Shown: positions 1 to 10,990, counted from the first letter of the stretch. The stretch: DNA of 64,000 bases from Candidatus Puniceispirillum sp. (GCA_013822015.1 PNJU01000006.1:7231-71230), one strand, 5' to 3'. A program made the numbers and translations. Notes: generated by a model not told the origin, from the letters alone.

Positions 1-406
1 GACCATTGAAAATAACAAGGTCATGGTTGAGCCCAATGGCGCGTCTAAGAAGGCGCGTTCCATGTGGGGCACAACACAGCGTCTTGTCAGCAACATCGTA
101 CGCGGCGTGAATGACGGTTTCGTCAAGCGCCTGGAAATCATCGGTGTGGGTTATCGTGCGTCCGTCCAGGGCAAAGATCTTGTGCTGCAGCTCGGCTACA
201 GCCACGATGTGGTTTACCCAATCCCTTCAGGCATTTCCATTGCGTGTGAAAAGCCCACCTCCATTGAGGTGAAGGGTGCAGTTTGCCAACAAGTTGGACA
301 AGTGGCTGCTGAGATTCGCTCTTTCCGTCCACCAGAGCCTTATAAGGGCAAGGGTGTACGTTATGAGGGTGAGTGGATTTTGCGTAAGGAAGGTAAGAAG
401 AAGTAA
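1..406 (+). CDS. rplF: 50S ribosomal protein uL6 (5'-truncated by window edge)
   Basis: C-terminal motif [13 protein letters not shown]; frame open to window start; first gene of spc-operon order L6-L18-S5-L30-L15-SecY. Confidence 0.97.
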   Translation, partial: TIENNKVMVEPNGASKKARSMWGTTQRLVSNIVRGVNDGFVKRLEIIGVGYRASVQGKDLVLQLGYSHDVVYPIPSGISIACEKPTSIEVKGAVCQQVGQVAAEIRSFRPPEPYKGKGVRYEGEWILRKEGKKK

Positions 407-408
407 CC

Positions 409-771
409 ATGCTCACAGGAAATGATAGATATTTACGTCGTCAAAAGCGCACAAGAGCGCGCTTGGCGGCTAGCCGTGGGGATCGTCTGCGTCTGAGCGT
501 GCATCGCTCCAACGGGCATATTTATGCTCAGTTGATCGATGATGCAACGCGTTCAACGAAGGTTGCTGCGTCGAGCCTCGAGAAGGATCTGCGCACCGCC
601 CTCAAGTCTGGTGGAAACATAGAAGCTGCTGCAAAGGTGGGTGCACTCATCGCGCAGCGCGCCGTAAAGGCTGGCTTCAAGAGTGTTGTCTTCGATCGTG
701 GTTCGTACTTGTACCATGGCCGTGTGAAGGCATTGGCCGAGGCAGCACGTGAGAATGGATTGGAGTTTTAA
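409..771 (+). CDS. rplR: 50S ribosomal protein uL18
   Basis: [18 protein letters not shown] and [28 protein letters not shown]; operon position. Confidence 0.97.
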   Translation: MLTGNDRYLRRQKRTRARLAASRGDRLRLSVHRSNGHIYAQLIDDATRSTKVAASSLEKDLRTALKSGGNIEAAAKVGALIAQRAVKAGFKSVVFDRGSYLYHGRVKALAEAARENGLEF

Positions 772-773
772 CA

Positions 774-1322
774 ATGGCAAGACCTAACCCAAAAGAGCGT
801 GAGAAAGAGTCTGAGTTCATTGAGAAGCTCGTGACAATTCGCCGTGTGGCAAAAGTTGTGAAGGGCGGTCGCCGCTTTTCCTTCTCCGCCGTTGTTGTTG
901 TTGGTGATGGTAAGGGCCGTGTGGGTTATGCCACAGGTAAGGCCCGGGAAGTGCCTGACGCTGTGACTAAGGCAACGCAAGCTGCAAAGCGCAACTTGAT
1001 GCGTATTCCTTTGAAGGAAGGCCGTACACTTCACCACGACGTGAATGGCCGTGCCGGCGCGGGTCGCGTGATTTTGCGCGCGGCGCCAGCGGGTACAGGA
1101 ATTATCGCAGGTGGTCCAATGCGTGCGGTTTTTGAGGTTCTCGGGATCCATGACGTTGTCAGCAAGTCCCAAGGTACCAACAACCCACTGAACATGGTGC
1201 GTGCAACCCTTGATGCGCTTTCTCGCATGAGCTCACCACGCCAGATTGCTGCTAAGCGCAGCAAGAAGGTGTCCGAGATTCTGGGTCGCCGTGAAGAGGC
1301 TGGAGAGGTAGCAAATGCCTAA
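774..1322 (+). CDS. rpsE: 30S ribosomal protein uS5
   Basis: [26 protein letters not shown]. Confidence 0.98.
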   Translation: MARPNPKEREKESEFIEKLVTIRRVAKVVKGGRRFSFSAVVVVGDGKGRVGYATGKAREVPDAVTKATQAAKRNLMRIPLKEGRTLHHDVNGRAGAGRVILRAAPAGTGIIAGGPMRAVFEVLGIHDVVSKSQGTNNPLNMVRATLDALSRMSSPRQIAAKRSKKVSEILGRREEAGEVANA

Positions 1323-1515
1323 AGCAGAAACAAAAAAAACAGTGACTGTGACGCAGATTGCCAGCGCCATTCGTCGTAAAGAGTACCAAACCCAGACCCT
1401 TATTGGTTTGGGCTTGAACAAGTTGCACCGTACGCGCACACTGGAAGATACACCAGCTGTGCGTGGTATGATCACACGTGTGCGTCACTTGCTGCGTGTT
1501 GAGGGTGAGGAGTAA
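1315..1515 (+). CDS. rpmD: 50S ribosomal protein uL30
   Basis: [26 protein letters not shown]; operon position. Confidence 0.96.
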   Translation: MPKAETKKTVTVTQIASAIRRKEYQTQTLIGLGLNKLHRTRTLEDTPAVRGMITRVRHLLRVEGEE

Positions 1516-1518
1516 GCT

Positions 1519-1977
1519 ATGAAGTTGAATGAAATCAGAGATAATCTGGGCGCCAGACAAGACCGCATGCGTGTGGGTCGTGGCGAAGGTTCTGGTAAAG
1601 GTAAGACTTGCGGCAGCGGTCAAAAGGGTCAAAAGTCCCGTACAGGCGTTGCGCTCAAGGGCTTTGAAGGTGGTCAAAACCCTCTTTACAGGCGTTTGCC
1701 AAAGCGTGGCTTCTCCAACGTGATGTTTGCAACAAACTTTACGGTGATCAATTTGGGTCAGCTCCAAGCTGCCATTGAAGCCAAAAAGATTGATGCATCC
1801 AAAACCATTAACCACGACGTGCTCGTAGGTGCCGGTCTTATCAAGGGAACAGCGCCTGCCCTGAAGCTTCTTGCAAAGGGTGAACTTAAGCAAGCTGTCA
1901 ACATTGAAGTGGCAAAAGCTTCAAAGACAGCGTGTGACATGGTTGAAAAGCTTAAGGGGTCTGTCACCATCGCGTGA
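1519..1977 (+). CDS. rplO: 50S ribosomal protein uL15
   Basis: [33 protein letters not shown]. Confidence 0.97.
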   Translation: MKLNEIRDNLGARQDRMRVGRGEGSGKGKTCGSGQKGQKSRTGVALKGFEGGQNPLYRRLPKRGFSNVMFATNFTVINLGQLQAAIEAKKIDASKTINHDVLVGAGLIKGTAPALKLLAKGELKQAVNIEVAKASKTACDMVEKLKGSVTIA

Positions 1978-2004
1978 CAACCCCCCTTCATCTGGGAGTA
2001 ATCA

Positions 2005-3348
2005 ATGGCATCGGCCGCAGAGCAGCTTGCTGCAAATTTTAGTTTTAAAGCCTTTTCAAAGGCGGAAAATCTTAAGAAGCGTTTGTGGTTTACGCTTTTT
2101 GCACTCCTCGTGTATCGCTTCGGCACGTTTTTGCCCTTACCGGGCATTGACGCCGAAGTGATGCATCAACTGGCGAGTCAAAATGCCTCAGGCGTTCTGG
2201 GTATCTTTGACAAGTTTACGGGTGGTGCCCTTGGGCGAATGACCATCTTTGCGTTGGGTGTGATGCCCTACATTTCCGCAAGCATTATCGTTCAACTCAT
2301 GACAGCCGTCAGTCCTCAACTTGAGGCTATCAAGAAAGAGGGCGAGTCAGGGCGCAAGAAGCTTAATCAGTATACCCGTTTTCTGACTGTCGCATTGGCC
2401 ATTGTTCAGAGCTGGGGTATCTTGACGGGGCTTGTGAACATGCCCCATTCCCCGGTTATTAACCCTGGTACCCTCTTTATGATTGCAGGTGTTGTATCCC
2501 TAACGGGGGGCACACTTTTCCTCATGTGGCTCGGTGAGCAGATTACAGCCAGAGGTGTGGGTAACGGTGTTTCCCTCATCATCTTTGCGGGTATCGTCGC
2601 AAACCTTCCCATGGCCATTGACCGGACTATGGAACTGGGGCGTACGGGGTCTCTCTCTCCGGTGATGATCGCACTTATTCTGACCATGCTTGTGGCAGCC
2701 ATCTTGTTCATTGTATACATGGAGCGTGCCCAGCGCCGCGTCATGATTCAATATCCAAAGCGTCAGGTTGGTATGAAGGTTTATGGTGGTGAGTCTTCTC
2801 ATCTGCCCATGAAGCTGAATATCTCCGGCGTGATCCCTCCCATCTTTGCGGGATCTCTCTTGGGTGTTCCTGTAACCATTGCCACCCTAGGTAATGCAGG
2901 CGGCGATCCAGACAGCTTCCTTGGTACCCTTCTTCTTTATATGGGTGCGGGTAAGCCTCTTCACATGGCGCTTTACATCTTCCTGATCGTGTTCTTCGCG
3001 TTCTTCTATACGGCTGTGGTCTTCAATCCAACGGAGACAGCTGAGAACCTGAAGAAGAATGGTGCCATCGTGCCCGGACATCGTCCAGGAAAGAACACGG
3101 CAGACCATTTGGACTACATCATTACCCGTCTCACAGTTGTAGGTGCTGCCTATTTGGCTCTGATCTGTGTGCTTCCTGAGTACATGATTGCCAAGTATTC
3201 CATCCCTTTCTACCTGGGTGGTACAAGCTTGCTTATCGTTGTCAGCGTTGGTGTGGATACCATTACACAAATCCAGACCCATCTTTTGGCGCATCAGTAC
3301 GAAGGTCTGATCCGTAAACAAAAAGATCGTAAAGGAAAAGAGCGGTGA
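2005..3348 (+). CDS. secY: Preprotein translocase subunit SecY
   Basis: IFALGVMPYISASII, GVGNGVSLIIFAGI, GGTSLLIVV; about 10 hydrophobic segments. Confidence 0.98.
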   Translation: MASAAEQLAANFSFKAFSKAENLKKRLWFTLFALLVYRFGTFLPLPGIDAEVMHQLASQNASGVLGIFDKFTGGALGRMTIFALGVMPYISASIIVQLMTAVSPQLEAIKKEGESGRKKLNQYTRFLTVALAIVQSWGILTGLVNMPHSPVINPGTLFMIAGVVSLTGGTLFLMWLGEQITARGVGNGVSLIIFAGIVANLPMAIDRTMELGRTGSLSPVMIALILTMLVAAILFIVYMERAQRRVMIQYPKRQVGMKVYGGESSHLPMKLNISGVIPPIFAGSLLGVPVTIATLGNAGGDPDSFLGTLLLYMGAGKPLHMALYIFLIVFFAFFYTAVVFNPTETAENLKKNGAIVPGHRPGKNTADHLDYIITRLTVVGAAYLALICVLPEYMIAKYSIPFYLGGTSLLIVVSVGVDTITQIQTHLLAHQYEGLIRKQKDRKGKER

Positions 3349-4019
3349 ACATAATTCTTCTAGGTCCTCCAGGTTCAGGTAAGGGAACGCAGGCACAACT
3401 CTTGTCTGCAACCTATGGTCTCAAGCACATCAGCACTGGCGACTTGTTCAGGGCTGAGATTGCATCGGGATCACCTCTCGGGCAGGAGATCAAGGAGATT
3501 GTGGAGCGTGGTGATCTGCCAGCAGACAGTATCGCCATCGCACTCATCGAAAAAGAAATTGAGGCCTCTGGTCAAAAGCTGATTCTGGACGGATTTCCCC
3601 GTACAGTGGCACAAGCCCAGGCCCTTGATAAGTTGATTGCACGGGGCGTCTTCGAGGTGCCCCATGTGATTATGCTTGAAGTTGATGAGGCCCTTTTAGT
3701 TGAGCGCCTCACCAATCGCTGGATGTGCTCACAGTGTGGCGCCACCTACAGCCCTTGGCGTTTGCCCGTGAAGGAAGGTGTGTGCGACCGTTGTGGAGCG
3801 ACGACTTTTGAGAAACGTAAAGATGACGAGGAAGAGGCAGTCAAGCATCGCCTGCGTGTCTACCATGAAAAGACAGCACCCGTTGTTGCGTACTATGCAG
3901 ATAAAGGGCACCTTCACCGCGTGAATGGCGCCATGAGTTTGCAAGAAGTTGAAGCGCAGTTTGTGCGCTTTTTGGGAAAGGGGGAAGAACCCCAGGTGAA
4001 AACACACTCTTCCCACTAA
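3345..4019 (+). CDS. adk: Adenylate kinase with Cys4 (zinc-type) LID
   Basis: P-loop GPPGSGKGTQA, LDGFPRT, LID CSQC-x15-CDRC; GTGA overlap with secY. Confidence 0.97.
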   Translation: MNIILLGPPGSGKGTQAQLLSATYGLKHISTGDLFRAEIASGSPLGQEIKEIVERGDLPADSIAIALIEKEIEASGQKLILDGFPRTVAQAQALDKLIARGVFEVPHVIMLEVDEALLVERLTNRWMCSQCGATYSPWRLPVKEGVCDRCGATTFEKRKDDEEEAVKHRLRVYHEKTAPVVAYYADKGHLHRVNGAMSLQEVEAQFVRFLGKGEEPQVKTHSSH

Positions 4020-4027
4020 AGAAGGTA

Positions 4028-4057
4028 TTGACGGCTGGGTCCCTTTTTAGGTAAGGT
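4028..4057 (+). promoter_or_regulatory. Sigma70-type promoter of the alpha operon
   Basis: TTGACG-N18-TAAGGT, 43 nt before the rpsM GTG. Confidence 0.6.
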
Positions 4058-4100
4058 TCCGCAGCGGTTTTGTTATTAATTGGACGTTAAGGAGTAGAAT

Positions 4101-4469
4101 GTGGCTCGTATAGGTGGAGTCAACTTGCCAGCGCGTAAGCGAGTGGTTGTTGGGCTAACATATATTTTTGGTATTGGGCGTCACGCATCTGAGCAGATCT
4201 TGTCTGCTCTTGAGATCTCCCAAGATAGGCGTGTGAATGATCTTTCTGACGATGAGATCCTCAAGATTCGTGAACATATTGACCAGAATTACACAACTGA
4301 GGGTGATTTGCGTCGTGAAGTGTCCATGAACATCAAGCGCTTGACAGATCTTGGATGCTATCGTGGTTTGCGCCACCGTAAGCGTCTGCCCGTGCGTGGT
4401 CAGCGTACACACACCAATGCGCGTACGCGTCGTGGTCGTGCTGTGGCCATTGCTGGTAAGAAGAAGTAA
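4101..4469 (+). CDS. rpsM: 30S ribosomal protein uS13
   Basis: [34 protein letters not shown] before GTG. Confidence 0.98.
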   Translation: MARIGGVNLPARKRVVVGLTYIFGIGRHASEQILSALEISQDRRVNDLSDDEILKIREHIDQNYTTEGDLRREVSMNIKRLTDLGCYRGLRHRKRLPVRGQRTHTNARTRRGRAVAIAGKKK

Positions 4470-4491
4470 GAAAAGGTAGGAAGCAAGAACA

Positions 4492-4884
4492 ATGGCAAAA
4501 GCTCCAGTTCAAAAGTTGCGTCGTCGTGAGCGTAAGAATGTCACAACAGGCATTGCGCACATTCGCTCCACATTTAACAACACCCTTGTGACCATCACTG
4601 ACACAAACGGAAACACGATTTCCTGGAGTGCAGCTGGCGCGTGTGGTTTCAAGAACTCCCGTAAGTCTACGCCCTATGCGGCGCAGCTTGCTGCAGAAGA
4701 TGCAGGCAAGAAGGCGCAAGAGCATGGCATGCGTGTGCTTGAGGTTGAGGTTTTGGGCCCAGGGTCCGGACGTGAATCCGCACTGCGTGCGCTTCAGTCC
4801 TGTGGCTTCACCATCACGTCCATTCGTGATGTGTCCCCCATTCCACATAATGGATGCCGCCCATCTAAGCGTCGTCGCGTCTAA
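4492..4884 (+). CDS. rpsK: 30S ribosomal protein uS11
   Basis: [36 protein letters not shown]. Confidence 0.98.
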   Translation: MAKAPVQKLRRRERKNVTTGIAHIRSTFNNTLVTITDTNGNTISWSAAGACGFKNSRKSTPYAAQLAAEDAGKKAQEHGMRVLEVEVLGPGSGRESALRALQSCGFTITSIRDVSPIPHNGCRPSKRRRV

Positions 4885-4914
4885 GAAAAGCTAGGAAAAC
4901 TGAGAGGATCGCCC

Positions 4915-5931
4915 GTGTTACAAAAGAATTGGCAGGCCTTGATAAAGCCCTATAAGCTTGGTGTGAGTTCTCGCGCTGATGCAAATCGTAGTGCTACGGT
5001 TGTTGCAGAACCCCTCGAGAGAGGTTTTGGAAACACCCTTGGTAATGCGCTGCGCCGCGTCCTCTTGTCCTCGCTTCAAGGCTCGGCCATCGTTGGCATC
5101 AAGATTGATGGTGTTCAGCATGAGTTGTCCCCTGTGGCAGGCGTGCGTGAAGACGTCACTGATATCGTCTTGAACTTGAAGATGGTTCCTGTTGCGTCCA
5201 CATCTGATTATGTGAAGAAGGTTTCACTCACCGCCAAGGGGCCTTGTGTTGTGACGTCCGCCATGATCCAAGAGACCGCAGATGTGCGTGTCCTTGACAA
5301 GGAAGTCGTCATTTGCCACCTGGATGCAGGTTCCGAGCTCAAGATGGAAGTGTCCGTCGGTCGTGGTAAGGGTTACATCCCAGCATCGAAGCTGCGAACA
5401 GAGGACGATCCCATTGGTTACATTCCCATTGACGCGCTTTTCAGTCCCGTGAGCAAGGTAGCTTACCGCATCGAGAACGCCCGCGTGGGACAAGTGACAG
5501 ACTATGATAAGCTGATTCTGGACGTAGAGACCAATGGTGCAGTGTCCCCTAAGGAAGCAGTTGCCCTGGCAGCTCGTATCCTTCAAGATCAACTGGCTCA
5601 GTTCATTACCTTTGAGGAGCCACAAGAAGAGGCTGCTTCTGAGGTGCGTGGGGATCTACCTTTCAACAGGAATCTGCTGCGTAAGGTCGATGAGCTAGAG
5701 CTTAGTGTCCGTTCTGCAAACTGCTTGAAGAACGAAAACATTGTCTATATTGGTGATTTGGTTCAAAAGTCTGAGAATGATCTTTTGCGCACACCAAACT
5801 TCGGACGTAAGTCCCTGAATGAAATTCGTGAAGTTCTGGGGCGTATGGGCTTAGAGCTTGGTATTCCAGTTGAGGGTTGGCCTCCAGAGAATATCGAGGA
5901 CCTTGCTCGCAAAGTAGATGAACCCTATTAA
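4915..5931 (+). CDS. rpoA: RNA polymerase subunit alpha
   Basis: [22 protein letters not shown]; alpha-[26 protein letters not shown]. Confidence 0.98.
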   Translation: MLQKNWQALIKPYKLGVSSRADANRSATVVAEPLERGFGNTLGNALRRVLLSSLQGSAIVGIKIDGVQHELSPVAGVREDVTDIVLNLKMVPVASTSDYVKKVSLTAKGPCVVTSAMIQETADVRVLDKEVVICHLDAGSELKMEVSVGRGKGYIPASKLRTEDDPIGYIPIDALFSPVSKVAYRIENARVGQVTDYDKLILDVETNGAVSPKEAVALAARILQDQLAQFITFEEPQEEAASEVRGDLPFNRNLLRKVDELELSVRSANCLKNENIVYIGDLVQKSENDLLRTPNFGRKSLNEIREVLGRMGLELGIPVEGWPPENIEDLARKVDEPY

Positions 5932-5962
5932 TAAGTTATAAGAAAGTAAGTGGAGTATTCCC

Positions 5963-6382
5963 ATGAGACACCGTATTGCTGGACGTAAGTTTTCCAGAAC
6001 AACAAGTCAAAGACGCGCTCTTTTGTCTGGTCTTGCTTTTTCCCTTTTGGATAAAGAGCAAATCAAGACAACTCTGCCAAAGGCAAAGGACCTGCGTCCC
6101 TATGTAGAGAAGCTAATCACACTGGGTAAGGATGGCAGCCTGTCTGCACGCCGCCGCTTGGTGGGTATCCTTCACAGCGAGACCTTGGCAAGCAAGCTGA
6201 TTGATAGCATTGCGCCTCGTTATAAAGAGCGTAACGGTGGTTATACACGCATCATCAAAGCTGGCTTTCGCTATGGTGATCTGGCCCCTATGGCCGTGAT
6301 TGAGCTTTTGGACCGCGATCCATCCGCAAAGGCAAACCCTCAGGCAGCCGTCGAGGTCGAAGCCGAGGTGGCTACGTCCTAA
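5963..6382 (+). CDS. rplQ: 50S ribosomal protein bL17
   Basis: MRHR start, [19 protein letters not shown]. Confidence 0.98.
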   Translation: MRHRIAGRKFSRTTSQRRALLSGLAFSLLDKEQIKTTLPKAKDLRPYVEKLITLGKDGSLSARRRLVGILHSETLASKLIDSIAPRYKERNGGYTRIIKAGFRYGDLAPMAVIELLDRDPSAKANPQAAVEVEAEVATS

Positions 6383-6396
6383 GACAGCACTGTTTC

Positions 6397-6436
6397 AAAA
6401 GGGGCTGATGGGGAAACCCTTCAGCCCTTTTTTTTT
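6397..6436 (+). terminator. Intrinsic terminator after rplQ
   Basis: GGGCTGA-T-GGG-GAAA-CCC-T-TCAGCCC followed by a T9 run; A-run upstream allows bidirectional use. Confidence 0.9.
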
Positions 6437-6480
6437 AAAATAAATCACTACGTTGTATCCCATGGGAAGGGGACTCTGAC

Positions 6481-8172
6481 ATGTTGCACTTTAAGGACGT
6501 GACCCTGCGTTTGGGCGGAAAACCTCTTCTTGAGGGGGTAAGCTTTCACCTGCCCAAGGGCCACCGCGGCGGTCTTGTGGGACGTAACGGGGCAGGGAAG
6601 ACATCTCTATTTAAGTTGATCACGCAGGAATACCATCCTGACAGTGGCGACGTTCAGCGCCCTAAGCATGCCTCCCTGGGGCTTGTGGCTCAGGAGATTG
6701 TCTCTGGCCTTGATCTGACTGTCCTGGCGTTTGTTTTGGCGGCAGACACCGAGCGTGCGCGTCTTTTGGAAGAAGCCGCCACCGAAAGTGATCCCGACGC
6801 GCTGGGTCATATCCACGAGCGTCTTCTGGCTATTTCCGCCTATGACGCAGAAGCCAGAGCCGCAAAGATTCTCCTGGGGCTTGGCTTCCCCCATGGGGCT
6901 CAGCATAAGTCCATGCGAGACTTCTCAGGAGGGTGGCGTATGCGTGTGGCCCTGGCGTGCGCACTTTTTCTTGAGCCTGATTTGCTGCTTCTCGACGAGC
7001 CCACCAACCACTTGGACTTGGAGGCAAGTCTTTGGCTGGAAGGATATCTGCGCAGCTACCCGCGCACCATATTCCTCATCAGCCATGACCGCACATTTCT
7101 CAACGCTGTTTGCGACCGCATCTATCACCTGGAAGGCAAGCGTATTACCTTTTACAACGGTGACTTTGACTTTTTTGAAAAGACACGCCGGGAACGCCTG
7201 GCCCTTATTGAGGCAGAGCGCACAAAGCAAGACGCTGCGCGCGCCCACATGCAAAAATTTATCGATCGTTTTCGCTCTAAAAGCTCAAAGGCGCGCCAGG
7301 TTCAATCCCGTATCAAGCAGCTCTCCAAGTTTGAGCCGCTTTCCACCATGGATGAGGATCCTTTGATGGCGCTCAGTTTCCCGGAGCCCACCCAGCTAGC
7401 TCCCCCCCTGATGACCCTTGATAATGTCAGTGTTGGGTACGGGGGACCCATGATCCTCAAGCGCCTGAATCAGCGCCTGGATCCACAGGACCGTATTGCG
7501 CTTCTGGGTGCCAACGGCAATGGTAAGACGACCTTTGCAAAGCTCTTGGCGGGTGTTTTGGATCCCTCCCAAGGACAGATCACACGCGCGCACAAGATCA
7601 CCGTCGGGTACTATCACCAGCACCAGGTGGAGAGCCTGAGGTTGGATCACACAGCCTTTGATCACATGGCAGATCTCATGCGCGGGACGCCGGAGTCTAA
7701 AATTCGTGCGCGCTTGGGTCGCTTTGGTTTTCCAGGGGACAAGGCAGACGTGAAGGTGGAAAAGCTTTCCGGGGGCGAGAAGGCGCGTCTTAATTTTGCG
7801 CTCATCTCCTTTGCAGCGCCCCAAATCCTGATCCTGGACGAGCCGACCAACCACCTGGACATCGAAACCCGTGAGTCTTTGATCTTTGCCCTCAACGCCT
7901 ACGAGGGCGCGGTGATTCTCATTACCCACGACTGGCATCTTTTAGAGATGACGGCAGATCAAATTTGGGTGGCAAAGGACCAGACCATCATTCCTTTTGA
8001 GGGCACCCTAGAGGATTATAAACGTGAAGTGATGGGGCCATCAGGCAGGTCGGAGGCGAGAGCTGCCAAAGCTGACACCCTGTCTAAAAGCCGCGCCGAC
8101 GAGATTCGCGAGAAAAAGCAGGCCAAAAAGAAGAAGGCACCAGCACCCGCGCCAAAAAAGAAAAAGAAGTGA
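6481..8172 (+). CDS. ABC-F family ATPase (YheS-like ribosome-associated factor)
   Basis: Two NBDs (GRNGAGKT, FSGGWRMR, LDEPTNHLD; GANGNGKT, LSGGEKAR), inter-ABC linker, no TM segments, Lys-rich tail. Confidence 0.93.
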   Translation: MLHFKDVTLRLGGKPLLEGVSFHLPKGHRGGLVGRNGAGKTSLFKLITQEYHPDSGDVQRPKHASLGLVAQEIVSGLDLTVLAFVLAADTERARLLEEAATESDPDALGHIHERLLAISAYDAEARAAKILLGLGFPHGAQHKSMRDFSGGWRMRVALACALFLEPDLLLLDEPTNHLDLEASLWLEGYLRSYPRTIFLISHDRTFLNAVCDRIYHLEGKRITFYNGDFDFFEKTRRERLALIEAERTKQDAARAHMQKFIDRFRSKSSKARQVQSRIKQLSKFEPLSTMDEDPLMALSFPEPTQLAPPLMTLDNVSVGYGGPMILKRLNQRLDPQDRIALLGANGNGKTTFAKLLAGVLDPSQGQITRAHKITVGYYHQHQVESLRLDHTAFDHMADLMRGTPESKIRARLGRFGFPGDKADVKVEKLSGGEKARLNFALISFAAPQILILDEPTNHLDIETRESLIFALNAYEGAVILITHDWHLLEMTADQIWVAKDQTIIPFEGTLEDYKREVMGPSGRSEARAAKADTLSKSRADEIREKKQAKKKKAPAPAPKKKKK

Positions 8173-8252
8173 CCCCGCACGCGCAGAAAAAACTGTCTTT
8201 TTGACCACCGATCGTGTAGAAAAGCGGTGGGGTCACTTAAGTCATAAAATCT

Positions 8253-9764
8253 GTGTCACAGTCAATTCCGGAATTTGGAAAGGTTCGCGCGTTCCTTTGG
8301 CCAATCCGCTCTAGTGAGGCAAAGAAGTTCTTGCCCATTAGTCTCATCATGTTTTTTACCATCTTCAATTACACCGTTCTTCGTAACTCCAAAGACGCCT
8401 TTATTATGACGGAGGCGGGGGCTGAAGTTCTTCCGTTCCTCAAGGGCGGTGTGGTGCTTCCGTGCTCACTTCTTTTGGTGGCAGCCTATACAAAACTTGC
8501 AAATAACCTCTCCCGAGAACGCCTCTACTATGTGGTTGTCCTCTTTTTCTTGAGCTTCTTTGCCCTCTTTGGAGCGATTTTACACCCCTACCGTGATGCG
8601 GTTCAAATGTCAGGCGAGACCATTGCCCACTTCAAGACCGCTTACCCCCACCTCCAACACATCTTTCCACTTTTTGGGGTGTGGATTTACACGGCCTTTT
8701 ATGTCTTTGCTGAGCTCTGGGGCGCGGTTGTCTTAAACCTGTCCTTTTGGCAGTTCGCCAATGAGGTGACACGCACCGTTGAGGCCAAGCGCTTTTACTC
8801 CATGTTCGGTTTTATCGGCCACTTGGCCCTGATTGCGGCGGGATATACCGTGGGCGAAAACTGTAAATTCGATGAGGGCACCATGTCCTGTGAGGGGTAT
8901 GTGCGAGCAACCGTGACCGTGGTGCTCATCGCGGGCGTGATGATGCTGAGCCTTTATTACTGGCTGCACCGGGCTGTTTTGACGGATCCAAAGTACTACG
9001 AAGGTGCGGGGCAGCTTGTGAAGGGTGAGTCGCGTAAGTTAAAGCTGAGCTTGATGCAAAGCATTCGCTACATCCTGTCATCTCCGTACCTCGGCCTTAT
9101 CGCGACCCTTGTCTTCAGCTACGCCTTTACCATGAACCTGCTTGGCATCATGTGGAAGAAGCAGCTGTCTATTCAGTATCCCACCACAAGTGCATACGCA
9201 TCCTTCATGGGCAGCTTTTCCATCTATACGGGCATCACCACCGTGACGGTGATCTTCTTCTTCAAGGGAATTGTGAGCCGTTTTGGTTGGCGCGCGGGGG
9301 CCCTGGCCACACCCATTATTCTGTTTATCACCGCCGTGGCCTTCTTCTCGTTCCTGTTCTTTAAAGCGCAGCTGACTCCCTTCATGTCCCTCATGGGCAC
9401 AACGCCACTGATGATGGCGGTGCTTGTCAGTACGCTGCAGCAGCTCCTGAGCAAAAGTGCCAAGTACTCTCTTTTTGATCCCACAAAGGAAATGGCCTAC
9501 ATTCCCCTGGATCAAGAGCTTAAAATCAAAGGCAAGGCTGCAGTTGATGTGACCGTTCACCAGTTTGGAAAAGCCGCCGGAGGATACGTCTCCGGCCTGC
9601 TTCTTGTGGTGCTAGCGGCGGCTGACCTGATGGTTATTGCCCCGTATCTTGCGGTGGTAATTCTGGTGGCGATTGTTCTTTGGTTTGCGGCTGTGAAGGC
9701 CTTGAACAAGATGTATCACATTCAGTTGGCGAAGCTGGATCCTGGGGCACCTGCTCGGGCGTAA
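8253..9764 (+). CDS. tlc: Nucleotide transporter of the ATP/ADP translocase (TLC/NTT) family
   Basis: FNYTVLRNSKD, FYVFAELWG, EAKRFY, KSAKYSLFDPTKEMAYIPLD, KGKAAVDV; about 12 TM; substrate specificity not determinable by eye. Confidence 0.95.
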   Translation: MSQSIPEFGKVRAFLWPIRSSEAKKFLPISLIMFFTIFNYTVLRNSKDAFIMTEAGAEVLPFLKGGVVLPCSLLLVAAYTKLANNLSRERLYYVVVLFFLSFFALFGAILHPYRDAVQMSGETIAHFKTAYPHLQHIFPLFGVWIYTAFYVFAELWGAVVLNLSFWQFANEVTRTVEAKRFYSMFGFIGHLALIAAGYTVGENCKFDEGTMSCEGYVRATVTVVLIAGVMMLSLYYWLHRAVLTDPKYYEGAGQLVKGESRKLKLSLMQSIRYILSSPYLGLIATLVFSYAFTMNLLGIMWKKQLSIQYPTTSAYASFMGSFSIYTGITTVTVIFFFKGIVSRFGWRAGALATPIILFITAVAFFSFLFFKAQLTPFMSLMGTTPLMMAVLVSTLQQLLSKSAKYSLFDPTKEMAYIPLDQELKIKGKAAVDVTVHQFGKAAGGYVSGLLLVVLAAADLMVIAPYLAVVILVAIVLWFAAVKALNKMYHIQLAKLDPGAPARA

Positions 9765-10908
9765 TGCTTGGCGGAGCCGAGTAAGGTTGAGGAACATAGG
9801 GTGTGCCGTACGCCATGGGCCAGCTTTGGCCTAGGCTGTGCGGCGCAGGCGTGGTTGGCCACTGGGGCGGTTGTGCATAATAAGGTGCGCTGTACCCCGT
9901 GGGGATCCCGTATCCCTGGGGTGCTGGTGTGCTGCTGGGAGGCGTCCAATAGGGTTGGGGCGCAGGGTAGTACGGGCTAGGCGCGTAACCTGGGTGCGCC
10001 GCCTGCACAGAAGGCGTGGGTGAATAGGGCGTTGGCGACTTACTCAGGTGAGGCGGCGGCGCGGGATCCGCGTGCAGTCCCCAGCTCCCCGCCATGTCCG
10101 GCCCTTTGCGAATCTGAACGGGGGATGAGATTGGCATACCAGAGGCGCGCCGGACTGTCTCCAAGCCAGTTTTACGCTTTTCAGCTTCGAAAATACTCGT
10201 GCAAGCAAGTGTTGTATCTTTGATAATGGAAACTTCCACGATATCACCTACCTGTATATTGCTGGCCTTGAGTGTCTCAATAAACGTCGGAATGGGATAG
10301 GCCTCCCACATGGCAGGGCTGCGCCCCAAACCCGCCACGAGTCCTTTGACGAAATAACCATTGAGCACCTTTCCCTCTATCGAGGCGTAGGAATGATATC
10401 CACGTCGTTTAAGGGCCTCCAAGACCTTCCTGTGCTCAAGGATAATGTTATCAATGCTATGCAATCGGCAGTAGAGAGCTGCAGCGGTATCAGTGATCAC
10501 GAGTTCCGTGCGCTCAATAGACCCCTTTTCTTCCCAGAATGTGAGAATGGTGCGCACGAGCGTGGGAGATTCTCCCACAAAGCATGCTCCTGCCGCGCGA
10601 AGAGTATTGCCCAAGGGCCCATAAAGGCCAATGTCCTTGGGAGAAGTTCCCTCATTGGGGGTTCGTAAGTACTCACCAGCTGAGCGCAGGCCGGCGCCTA
10701 TGCCCCAGGACATGGACTCTCCCAGATGCCCAAGAAGGCTGGTGTTTTTTGGTGAACTTGAGGGGATATCCTGTTGAGTGCTCTCAAACTGAGCGATGCG
10801 CGCAACTAACTCCTCAACAAGGTCGTCGCTGGCAAGGCTGGGGGCGCAGTGTTGGAGGCTGACGAAGGCAGCTGTGAGCACAAAATGGGCGAAGATCTTT
10901 CTTGACAT
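9634..10908 (-). CDS. Exported hypothetical protein with Pro/Tyr/Gln-rich disordered C-terminus
   Basis: GGAGG RBS 5 nt before ATG 10908; signal peptide MSRKIFAHFVLTAAFVSLQHCAPSLA|SDD; 3' end overlaps the translocase gene by 131 bp. Confidence 0.75.
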   Translation of the reverse strand: MSRKIFAHFVLTAAFVSLQHCAPSLASDDLVEELVARIAQFESTQQDIPSSSPKNTSLLGHLGESMSWGIGAGLRSAGEYLRTPNEGTSPKDIGLYGPLGNTLRAAGACFVGESPTLVRTILTFWEEKGSIERTELVITDTAAALYCRLHSIDNIILEHRKVLEALKRRGYHSYASIEGKVLNGYFVKGLVAGLGRSPAMWEAYPIPTFIETLKASNIQVGDIVEVSIIKDTTLACTSIFEAEKRKTGLETVRRASGMPISSPVQIRKGPDMAGSWGLHADPAPPPHLSKSPTPYSPTPSVQAAHPGYAPSPYYPAPQPYWTPPSSTPAPQGYGIPTGYSAPYYAQPPQWPTTPAPHSLGQSWPMAYGTPYVPQPYSAPPSITPEQVPQDPASPTECDTSCSRPSQPQTKEQSPPELPPQDTGQ

Positions 10909-10990
10909 ATGGGCCTCCAAGGCTTGTTTTTCCCATAAATCTTAACGCGTTAGTTACGTTTGGGGAAGGCCATATGGGGAAAGAGGTAAA

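Noticed and set aside
3720-3795. Cys4 zinc LID in adenylate kinase as a sign of transfer from Gram-positives
   Set aside because: Metal-binding LIDs are known in several alphaproteobacteria; gene is in its canonical position after secY.
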